From contig NMRA01000590.1 of the NCBI GenBank assembly GCA_002633005.1, positions 1-64,000 on the forward strand: a stretch of DNA of 64,000 bases. Reading direction: 5' to 3'. The translations under genes were made by a program, and so were the position numbers. The notes below the pieces were generated by a model that did no database searches, was not told the DNA's origin, and saw nothing but the letters and a program-made list of their open reading frames with translations. The DNA is from Phoronis australis (lineage: Eukaryota; Animalia; Phoronida). This document shows positions 1-10,462 of the stretch, piece after piece; position 1 is the stretch's first letter; the number at the start of each line of letters is the position of its first letter.

Positions 1-419
1 CACAGGACGAACCCGCTGGGAGTGAGTCTTCAGCGACCAGAGAAAGGGCCGTGAAAGGGATCGAGAGAGAATGGCTCCACTACAGAAAAGCTGTGAACAC
101 ATATTGTTCCTCTGGGATCTGTCACCTCCACCTCCACGTCCGAAAGGTCGGAATCATCTGAAAAGTCCACCTGCCCGTCTCTGTATCGTTCAAAGTATTC
201 CTCATCTACTCTGCTGTACTCACTTGGACACACATTGCTTCCTTTGTGTTGCCCAACACCACGTCACAGATGTGTAACGAACGAAAATGGCGCTGTTCCT
301 ATTCTTCGTTACAACGATGGCGTTACAACACCACGGCACTAAATATGTAAATAACTTTGTATAGCGGCCTACAATTCAGTTAATGTTAAGAATATAGCAA
401 TGATAATTATACACTAAAA

Positions 420-705
420 TTTAGACCATATTGTTGTTCAGATTGGTTTGGACCTTGCAATTTCCTCTTTAAAATTAAACCTGGTTTAAACTGGACTTAG
501 ACCAGGCTTAAAGATAATCTGCATTTCATTACGATGGTCTACCTTTTAGACCAGTGGTCTTGTAAAACCTGGTTTACTCTTGTTTAGACGTGGTCTAAGT
601 CAGTTTTTATTTCACCAACGAGGTCTATATTCCATAGACATGTATTAAGATCGTAAACCAGGTTTAACTTTAGACTTGGTCAAACCCAGGTTTAATACCG
701 TTAAA
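420..705. repeat. Cluster of short palindromic AAACC(A/T)GGTTT-type motifs, probably the subterminal region of a Harbinger-like DNA element
   Basis: aaacctggttt/aaaccaggttt variants recur near 477, 565, 655 and 683, and again at 1461-1746. Confidence 0.35.
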
Positions 706-825
706 TATGCCAGACTTGCACGTTATAGATGAATGATACCGCGGTGTGCATTTACGACTTAGTTTTAGAGCGACAATAGACTAGTTTCAAGTTTCATTTT
801 TACAAATACACAAGATCAAACGTAG

Positions 826-974
826 CAGGGGTGGATCCAGGACTTTTAAAGGGGGGGGGGTCGGATCAAGGATTTTTTAATAGGAGACCAAGTCAAAAAT
901 TTGAACATTATAGATTTGATAACTTTAAAATAAAGGGAAAAGGAGGGGTCGGGACTCCCTTGGATCCGCCGATG
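826..974. mobile_element. Short MITE-like element (CAGGGGTGGATCC...GGATCCGCCGATG)
   Basis: Imperfect terminal inverted repeats; 5-bp direct repeat CGTAG at 821-825 and 975-979; related termini near 16558-16710 and 58793. Confidence 0.6.
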
Positions 975-1380
975 CGTAGACCAGTACGTGTTGCATGGTG
1001 TCCTGTGTCCTTCGGATTCCTCAGAATACGACTGGTCGAGCAGAGTGGCATCGTCGTAAGCGCTACGGGTTTGATGAAAAGACTTAATCTTTTGATTCTA
1101 TTGAGTTTCACCTCCATTGGTCAGCTATTTTCATTTTTTGTCCCCTATTTTATTTTACCGGACAGGTTTCCTGCCCGCCTCCCCTCTTGGCCGCAAAAAT
1201 AAACACCAAAATGACGGATATAAATTTGGGCATTTATAATCTAGCGTCTAATCGTGACCATGTACTTTAATGTGTGCACGTGTGTTGGACACAGACATTA
1301 CAGTTTTCATCATGAGAATAACTTTAAGACCATGCTCACAAATGTCTGTAGTGATTCTACTAGTATGTGGCATTGTATAC

Positions 1381-1773
1381 CCACGTGATGAAGGTTTGAT
1401 TAAAGCAGTTTCTTTGTTGGGTTAATCCAGATCAACGCAGTAGGGTGGCTTGGATACTTTAAACTTGGTTTCGCTAAACCCGCTCCCTGGTCTAACAAAA
1501 CCAGGCTTTCAGACTTATAAACGACATTGGTGAAGCGGACAGTTGGGTCTAAAATTACACCAGTCGTGTGTTCATTAACTATAGGACCTACGCTAGGACC
1601 TAAAAATGTAGCCAAAGTCAGGTGATCTCATTTAAAATACACGGTAATATCTCACGTAATTTCGCGGTCTTGCTTTTAGCGAGGTCCTAGCGTTACTGAA
1701 CGGGATGCAGGTATAGGATGACCAAGTTTAGTCATAAACCTGGTTTTGTTAAACCACCTTTATGAAATCGGCT
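1381..1773. mobile_element. Degenerate Harbinger-like non-autonomous element
   Basis: Right end reads CAGCCGATTTCATAAAGG on the minus strand; internal AAACC(A/T)GGTTT palindromes; left end uncertain. Confidence 0.3.
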
Positions 1774-2852
1774 GATAAAGTGTACATGATATAATGTGCT
1801 TTCTCCCATATTTTTATGTGAAAATATGGATATTGTATACGTCACCTTATCAAGTATGAAATACGGGAAAGTAAAGCCAATCTACATGTATATACCACAG
1901 TAGATGCCGTACGCAACGGTAAAACCCCGTATTTCACGGTTGGTGAGCAGTCTCGTGGTACAGTAAAGTCGGATGTGCAACGGCAAATTTGGTTTACGTG
2001 TCGTAAGTCATTAATCTAAGCCGTCGTTCCTGAAAAAGCAGTTTTACTGCACTATGAACATAAAAGATTTGCCGATGAAAATTCGACGCACGGTGATCAG
2101 GCGGCTATTTTCGGGCCTCGCTGAAGTTTCAATCTGGGTCACCATAAGTAGTTAAAGCTAAGTAGCTTACCCGGCCAAGATAACCAGCCAAAAATTTAAT
2201 TCAAATCCGACGAAAACTTTTCGTTATGACTGAATACAATATACGCTGAGAGCTAAGAAAGGTCTTTACAAGAAATTGCGACCTAATATCGAATATGTGT
2301 TTTTTGCTGAGGTAAACGCCTGCTCGCAGCCGTTCTTCTCAGTCCCTGCCGGTCGTCATAGTAGCGTAAAATCGGCTTTTTGTGATACAGTCCTTACCTC
2401 AAGTTCTGCAAATCAGCACAGTTTCCACCCTTATTTCCCAATGCTGTGATCAACACGGGGAACAGTTTGTATCATTATTTACAGTCCAGAAACTAAGACA
2501 CGACAACAAACCATTCAAGAAATTCATCGGAGCTAAAACGGCGCACTGCTGCGCAACTGTTCAGGAAATCTTTCAATTTTTAGATTCCCGAAAGGATTTT
2601 TTCTAAATTTCCGATAGACTTTTGATATTATTGAATGCTTCGGAGCTTTAACTTGTATATTTCACAAACTGGAATTATTATCAATTTATTACGAAATTAA
2701 GCTTTAAGCCTTCTGGTTATTTAACACTTTCACAGATATTCTTGTCGCTTAACCGGCTTGGCATACATTACATATGACGTCATAGGCCTATAACAACAAG
2801 CCAAAGCACACGGCAACAAATATTGCTGTGATGATGCAAATAAGTTCATTAC

Positions 2853-2979
2853 ATGCATGCATGTATGTATGTATGTATGTATGTATGTATGTATGTGTGT
2901 ATGTATGTATGTAATTTATTATGTATGTATGTAATGTATTATGTATGTATGTATTTATGTATGTATGTAATTTGTTATG

Positions 2980-3010
<31 letters not shown>

Positions 3011-3055
3011 TGTATTATGTATGTATGTATTTATGTATGTATGTAATTTGTTATG

Positions 3056-3086
<31 letters not shown>

Positions 3087-3152
3087 TGTATTATGTATGT
3101 ATGTATGTATGTATGTATGTATGTATGTATGTATGTATGTATGTATGTATAT
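2853..3152. repeat. (TATG)n microsatellite with recurring interruptions
   Basis: Long ATGT tract, with gtaatttgttatgt and gtaatgtattatgt variants repeating. Confidence 0.95.
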
Positions 3153-3323
3153 GGATAAGTTATTCTACATACATAGGAATACTACTGCGATGTCCTATTT
3201 CTGGGACTGTCCTAAAGAGACATTCCCAGATGAAATGAAGTCTCGATAGGATATGTCAGTACTATTCCTCTGTATGTGAGATAACCTATATTGAGAAGAA
3301 CTAACAAGACGTTATTGCTTCAT

Positions 3324-3434
3324 GGGCCCCGTTTCATGAAACTACGTTATTGTTAACTTATACGATATAACTTTGATATAATTCCATTACTTTCAAGTCT
3401 CAAAGTTTTTAATAACTTTCATGAAACGGAGCTC
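3324..3434. mobile_element. ~110-bp Harbinger-like MITE
   Basis: Imperfect TIRs GGGCCCCGTTTCATGAAA ... TTTCATGAAACGGAGCTC. Confidence 0.55.
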
Positions 3435-4377
3435 TGCTGTACTTCATTTCCATGACGTTATTATGGTTGCTATGTATCGTTTGGAACTTCACTGGGTGTC
3501 GTAGAACATTGGCGAATGAAGCTAGTCTACCGTGAGGAGCAACTATTACTCTCCATCTTAATAAAATTTGAAATGTTACTCTTTCACTCACTGTCGCATG
3601 ACATCTATATGCAAATACAGGACAAAAACGCTGACAATATTTCCAAAAAATGAATAAGAATATCTCAAAATTCGTCACACAAAACTGATGCTACTAATGA
3701 ACACACACTTGTTGACATGGTTACTTTCGATCAGAGTACGTTTTTATTGTTGGTCCTCGTCAACCACCCAACAGTTTGGAACGCGTTTGAAAACCAAAGT
3801 TCACCACAGTCGAAGTTCTACGAGATGAGTGGTCTGTGACGTCACAACTCACGTCAAGAGGTAAAATTACTGCTGTAACAACACTTGAATGAACTGGTCG
3901 CTAGTTCATCCAGTTGTTATCGCTTTGACGCGAGACGTCGGCTCAGCTACAGTGTTTTTTTTCACGCGACGCATACAGCTCTGCCCGTAGTTCTACGTCT
4001 GCGGGGACTCCTAAGTGTCATTAACATTCTAGAAAACTAACCGACGGAAATGAGAATGATTTGCGCGCGTCGAACTACAGGATCCACCTTGGAGTCTTTC
4101 AACTGCCCAATGTTTTTCCCGAGAGCAAGTTACGCAACAGGATGAAACAGAACTAGGTCTGCGTTCCGTAGACGCAAGGACCTCGCGAAAATGCAAAATC
4201 AAGCAAGACTTCGCAAGATGTCGCCATGAGTTACAAGTGAACCTCGTCATCACACTATCTTTACTCACAAAATTTTGTGTCCACGGAACGCAGCCTAGGG
4301 TTTGTTATTTTTTAAGAGGCCGACATTTTGGATTCCGGTTTGCTTTTCCATCAAACTGTTTATTTCAACATTTACAG

Positions 4378-4652
4378 TGTTGCCATGCGTCGAGGAATGT
4401 CCGGACGAGGAGGATACCGGGGACGACATCTTACTCGGGTTATGCGCAGCCGGAACCACTCTCGCCGTCCTGATGTTCATCGGCGCTGTAGTTATGTGCT
4501 ACTACAAACATAAAAATGACCAGGAACGGACGGGGCTGGCCGAAGAAATCCCGCAGCCAATTGAAGCACCTCCACCAGCTCCTGAACCTACGCAATTTAC
4601 CGAAGAGGTAACGGAGAGCTCCCCGCTTCTGGGAGACGGAGAGGGAGGCTAG
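4378..4652 (+). CDS. Last coding exon of a single-pass membrane protein (upstream exons not identified)
   Basis: Acceptor tttacag at 4371-4377 (phase 1); LPCVEECPDEEDTGDD, hydrophobic ILLGLCAAGTTLAVLMFIGAVVMCYY, then KHK stop-transfer, Pro/Glu-rich tail with ESSPLL, stop TAG. Confidence 0.7.
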
Positions 4653-4969
4653 TGTCAGTCTGATAGACATCACCATGTCATGTAATATAGTCTACACATG
4701 TAATTTCAGAGTTAATGCATGTTATCTCAAGAACTCGCACGGCAAACTAACAATCGCAACTCATGTCCACTAACTAAATACAAGGAAACATTTTTTGGTC
4801 AACATCGGGTTAACGGGAGTAGATTAACTATTGTTGTTGGCATTGGCATACTTCTCCAATACTTTTTCAACCTGAAGGTCAATAGTCACCACCACGAATA
4901 CACACCAACAGATACAAGTTCCAATTCTTGACTTTAACCAGACAATTCCAGAAAACCAACTCAAAAGGA

Positions 4970-5026
4970 ACACACACACACACACACAAGCAAACACACA
5001 AGCAAACACACGCTAACACACAAGCG

Positions 5027-5065
<39 letters not shown>
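4970..5065. repeat. (CA)n microsatellite with CAAG/CAAA interruptions
   Basis: Visible directly in the sequence. Confidence 0.95.
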
Positions 5066-5066
<1 letters not shown>

Positions 5067-6513
5067 AAAATGTCCCATACCTAAATAGCAGGGGACTTCA
5101 TCGTGTGAACGGTGAGGAATCTGTTCTCGGGACTGGGGTACTGGGTTTGGTTGGCGTTTTAAGTGGCATGGGTATGGGGATTTATACTGTGGCCTAGTAC
5201 GCTATTAACAAACCCAGGATATTGAACACCACCATGTCACACAGGAAACAAAACACCTAACTCACCTCGATCGCTTAATTGTGTCGACATGTTTTTCTTC
5301 TGTCAGCTGGTTGGTGTGCATTATGCATGGGTAATCATGAGGTTTCGCTGAAAGAACGCTCACTTTCTATATTTTTAAAAAAAAATAATAGTAAAATCAC
5401 GGGGGCACGTACATGGCTATAATTTACGAAGTGTTAATTTTTGTGACATCTTTCGACTGGCAAAACTCATTAGTAGTATAGTAAGAGGTTTAGACGCCCC
5501 GTTTTGCGGCTCCTCGGTCAAAGGTCATCTATATATGAAAGGAGGTCACGTGGGATAACTGCGATCGGAAGGGACACCATCCGCCTACCGGACGGATGTG
5601 TCAATGACGTTACACCTGATGACGGAATAGGTTTAATTGGACCGGTTAGAGAGGCACCTCGATGCCCGTTTTGCGGCTCCTAGCAACGGATTGAGAATTG
5701 AAACAAAAGAGGGATGCTGAATAAGAACAAAACGTGGATTACCTTATTTCGTGTGCTGCGACTGTCGTCGTTGTATATTGTGTGTTCTGTCACAAAGATC
5801 AAAAACAAAAGGCGTATACAAAAGGGGATAACCACCCAACTCAACAACAGATGTCGCGTAAAGTCTAACCCAGGCCCCGACGGTACTAAGCGAATCGTAC
5901 TCATAATAATAAAAACCGACCGTCTAACACAGAACATAAAACTGATAGCGTTTAAACGTGTGTTAATGACAAACCAACACTACAAAAATCATCATTCGAA
6001 TATAAAATCACCAAGACGTTCAGAAAAGTAGTCTATAGCAAATTTATCAAATGTGAGAATTAAATGTTCAAAGGTCCAGAGGTGACACCGTCGTCGAATA
6101 CTCGTCGTTTGGGATAAAAGTAGGTGAACGCGCACCTCTCTTGCAGATAGGTACATGTATACATAGTGTTGGAAATAGTCTGACCAACTAAGAGAGAAAA
6201 GAAACTTTTCGTGTTTAGCCGAGAATTACTAACGACATACAAAAGTGAATAAAAGCGGATGAATGCGAAGTGTGACGTCAAGTTTTCGTACACAAATATA
6301 CACAAAGCACCGTCTGAGCTTTGACAAATCTTACATAATCACCACGTAAAACCTAGGCTGACACAAACACGTCTGGGCATACGCGCTTCGCAAATAAATG
6401 ATTGTCTTTATGTTATTAGGTGCTACGCAAAGTTTATAAAAAGACCTCGGTAATATAAGTAAACCGAAGAGACGACTGATTATACAAACTATTCCGAGAT
6501 CAATGTTTGCGAG

Positions 6514-7470
6514 TTAGCGGTGAGTTGTCATTTGCTTCTCTTAGCCAGACTTTTAAGTTTCGTTTCGCGTACGTAGTATCCAGCCTTTCGTTGTTTTTGA
6601 CCAACCGTCTATACTCTATATTTTTATTTCATTTTGTAGATCGTCTATAATCAATATTCATTATTCAATAACTTTTTTATTATTTTTGTCTATTTTATGT
6701 TAACTATCCTCTGAAGTTGTATAAAAGGTTTGTCACCCACACTACATCTGTGGTGAGTTTATCGTAAACAATTCCGATTATTTCAAAATTTTTATTCTCT
6801 TTTTCCCTAAGCAAACATTTTAACAGACATCAACTACCAATTGATCAATTTCAATCTAATAATCTCCGTAGCTTAATACAATAAGTTACAATGCGCGTTT
6901 AGACTTTGAATATATGTATACGAGTTGCGATTACATTAATCCGTCGACAAATTCTGAAACACAGCGATCGTTAGTTTTAGTGTCTTTATCAAACAAATTC
7001 GCAATAAAGTCCATGCTCCATCCTCGTGCTAGCGGTGAGTTATCATTTGCTTAACCCTCCTCTTAGCTGGCCGTTTAAATTTCGTTTCGTGTACGTAATA
7101 TTCAGCCTTTCGTTGTTTTTGACCAAACGTCTATACAGAATGTTCAAAACCCTTTTTAAATACCCGTGTTTTTTATTTTTATTTATCTTATTTATTTTGT
7201 AGATGAACCATCCTCTGAAGTTGTCTAAAGGTTTTGTACCAACATTATATAACTCCGACTATTCCAATATTTGGTTTTCTTTTGTTTTCGTAAGCAAAAA
7301 TTAACACGCGTCAGCTACCAATATTCCAATTTCAATATAACTTTATTTTCCTTGGCGCAACACTATAAGTCAGAATGGGCGTTTAGACTTAATATATGAA
7401 TACGAGTTATGATTACAATAGTCCGTCAATAAGTTTTAAAACATAGTGATCGCTAGTTTTGTTGTCTTTC
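6514..7470. repeat. Diverged tandem duplication, two ~450-500 bp units
   Basis: tagcggtgagtt(g/a)tcatttgc...cagcctttcgttgtttttgacca...tcctctgaagttgt...gcgtttagact...tacgagtt occur in the same order from ~6514 and ~7030. Confidence 0.8.
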
Positions 7471-7957
7471 ATTCTCATATCATCCATTCACTGTGTGAAT
7501 ACCAAACGTTTTATATAACTGCAATAATCATCTCCCAAAGTTGTTAACATTACCATCAAGTGAATCCCTAGGAATATCAAAAAATCATCTAATATACAAT
7601 CTGTGGATGAGCCAGTCCTAGCGTTAAAGTCTGCAGTCAGTATTATATGCACCTCGCGCATTAAAGTAGCTTGTAACTGAGTGATATTTTCAATCTTCTT
7701 CTACCTTCAAACTACCGCCCCCATGCGCATTGCTAGAAACAGTAGCTGATTCTGGAGCAACATAAGTCAAAATATAAAGTACGCCCAGTCTTTGTCTATT
7801 TTGAAAGCTCGACAAACAATTCCTAACATGTCAGGATAATCAGAAAATGTTTTGATGACTTACTTAGATAATGCTGCTTTCACTAAGACGGCAACGCCTG
7901 AGCATCTACCATAATATGCCTTTTAAACTCTGGAATTTTTAAAATGCTACCAAACCT

Positions 7958-8477
7958 NNNNNNNNNNNNNNNNNNNNNNNNNNNNNNNNNNNNNNNNNNN
8001 NNNNNNNNNNNNNNNNNNNNNNNNNNNNNNNNNNNNNNNNNNNNNNNNNNNNNNNNNNNNNNNNNNNNNNNNNNNNNNNNNNNNNNNNNNNNNNNNNNNN
8101 NNNNNNNNNNNNNNNNNNNNNNNNNNNNNNNNNNNNNNNNNNNNNNNNNNNNNNNNNNNNNNNNNNNNNNNNNNNNNNNNNNNNNNNNNNNNNNNNNNNN
8201 NNNNNNNNNNNNNNNNNNNNNNNNNNNNNNNNNNNNNNNNNNNNNNNNNNNNNNNNNNNNNNNNNNNNNNNNNNNNNNNNNNNNNNNNNNNNNNNNNNNN
8301 NNNNNNNNNNNNNNNNNNNNNNNNNNNNNNNNNNNNNNNNNNNNNNNNNNNNNNNNNNNNNNNNNNNNNNNNNNNNNNNNNNNNNNNNNNNNNNNNNNNN
8401 NNNNNNNNNNNNNNNNNNNNNNNNNNNNNNNNNNNNNNNNNNNNNNNNNNNNNNNNNNNNNNNNNNNNNNNNNNNNN
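7958..8477. other. Assembly gap (520 N) hiding the 3' part of the Fic-like CDS
   Basis: Run of N. Confidence 1.
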
Positions 8478-8872
8478 TGTTTCAAAAGGTCAGCCATGTA
8501 ATCCATTGCTAGCTTAATATTCACAGTTTCAGTCGCACTCTTTGAACTGGATCTCCTGAGACTGGGAGTGTTTGTTTGTTCCCTCAGAACTGCCTTCGTC
8601 TCTTCCAGGGTTTGAGTTCCGATTTCTTCTCCAACATTGACACGGTAAATAAAACTTGTTCTCATTTCGTCTAAAACTTCGTCAACATCCTTATTTGCAT
8701 ACTTCTTTTTTATTTCGAACCATTCTTCACGAAAACCAACAATTTCACTAAGCATCTTGGAAACTTTTGTTAAGCTCCCATCCTCACGCCAAGGAGGGGA
8801 TTCAGTTGCACGGAAATCCAGTACTTTCCAGCATTTACTACCAGAAACTTGAACAGCACTCGTCGATTCCAT
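8478..8872 (-). CDS. Fic/Doc (Fido) family protein, N-terminal half (partial, runs into gap)
   Basis: Acceptor tttttcag before 8878, ATG at 8872, 131 open codons; SFIYRVNVGEEIGTQTLEETKAVL...SATETVNIKLAMDYM matches the Fic N-terminal helices (FICD-type YHTVAIEGNTLTLSE...E..G...AM.Y); catalytic HPFxDGNGR not visible. Confidence 0.65.
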
Positions 8873-10111
8873 TGGAAACTGAAAAACAAAACAATGCTAA
8901 TTATATGACTAAACTGTCAACACCACCCTCCTGCCTCTCTTTCCCAACAGCTGACAGCCTTCTTCCAAAAACACTCCCTTCTGTGACCTACATATCTCTC
9001 TCAACAAACTCCACCTTCTATCACCTCTATATCTCTCTCAACTAACTCTCCCTTCTATGATCTATATCTTACTTTTAAATAATGAACATGTTTGTTGTCA
9101 TAAAATTACACACTATGTTACAATAATGCTAAATGATAAACTTTTTTGGAGTGACGAATGCATAATTAGTTAGGGAATTTACTTAACCTGAAAATTCATC
9201 GAGCACTACCAGAAAATTGAAATCTTAGGAAAAAAGTACAAACACAGTCACCTTCCCTTTAACTGAGAAATGGTGACCAAGCCTGTTTTGGCACATTATC
9301 CTTCAGTTATATCCATAATAATCCTCTGTGAAATAACGGAAAGTTGGTGTTTTTGTAAGAAGCCCCAAAAATAAAACGTTTACCTTAATAATGTTCTTTC
9401 ATCACTACATCGTTGTTCTTCTAATAACTTCATATTTTTTGGAATTCTAGACTGCACTTCACTTCACTTTGATCGTTTCCAGACACATGGAAATACGAAA
9501 ACATTCCGATGCATGTTTTGCATGCAACAGCATTTTGATAGTGTCTGTCTTTTCACGATAAGATTTAATATCATCAACTTTAGTAACTTGGACGAAACTG
9601 TTGTAGCTCTACCTATGTTGCCTAGCCATGGATATCTTACTCTGATACCAGAAGTAGACATATAATTTATATCTACCTCCAGTTTCTGAACTGAAATTCT
9701 CGGTCTGTGATTGGCTAATGCAGCTTCTTCTACAGGTGCGAAGCAAGAATTCGCTCGCCGTCATGTCCCAGATGGCGGGTGCGAGTTTCAAAACCAAGAT
9801 CCGAGACGTCGCCTTATTCTTAAGGAAAGTGAAACTCAGCCCCACTGTACAGCTAGAACACATAAAGACCCTCTAGAAAAAGCACATCAAAGTACCCTCT
9901 GCGACACGTCAAATGTAAAAGTGTTTTCCATCCCAGCCGTACGCCTGTCCATGACCCAATAGAATTTGTTTTTAGGTCAAATTAATAAGAGGGTTATTGT
10001 GGGCTTTTGTGATACGGAGACCGTGCAGTTACCGACGCTCGTCCTTTTAGTTTAAAATACTAGTTATATTTTCCCCTTGTACTAATTCAGGCGTTGCTTT
10101 GGCGTTTGAAA

Positions 10112-10462
10112 CATATAAAAACAACATCGGCCACATTGAGTAGAGCATACAGTGTATGGTCTTGGGTGTGTTATTAGTCCTTATTGGTATTCAATACACA
10201 GTTAAACAGGCTGTCAACACTGACAAATCCAGCACAGCGAGGGTGTACTCTTTGGTCAATTTTCATTAAGTCTTGAAATGTGTACTGCAATATCTGTGCC
10301 AACATTGGATAAAGATTACGTTTGATTTTAAATTCGCTAAGCTGGATTTGTCAGTGTTGACAGCCTGTTTAACTGTGTATTGAATATCAATAAGGACTAA
10401 TAACACACCCAAGACCATACACTGTATGCTCTACTCAATGTGGCCGATGTTGTTTTTATATG
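10112..10462. repeat. Near-perfect inverted repeat, 122-bp arms with 107-bp spacer
   Basis: 10112-10233 is the reverse complement of 10341-10462 with one mismatch seen; no clear TSD. Confidence 0.9.

Noticed and set aside
2853-3249. MYVC-repeat ORFs
   Set aside because: Translations of a (TATG)n microsatellite
4057-4300. Upstream exon of the plus-strand TM gene
   Set aside because: An open frame exists, but no donor in phase 1 to join the 4378 acceptor
4824-5197. CV- and TH-repeat ORFs
   Set aside because: Translations of a (CA)n microsatellite
5496-5690. Hammerhead ribozyme or Penelope end (CTGATGA near 5617, between ~20-bp direct repeats)
   Set aside because: No properly placed GAAA or stems II and III after CUGAUGA
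9711-9962. 83-aa plus-strand ORF
   Set aside because: Non-ATG start, no recognisable domain and no convincing splice sites
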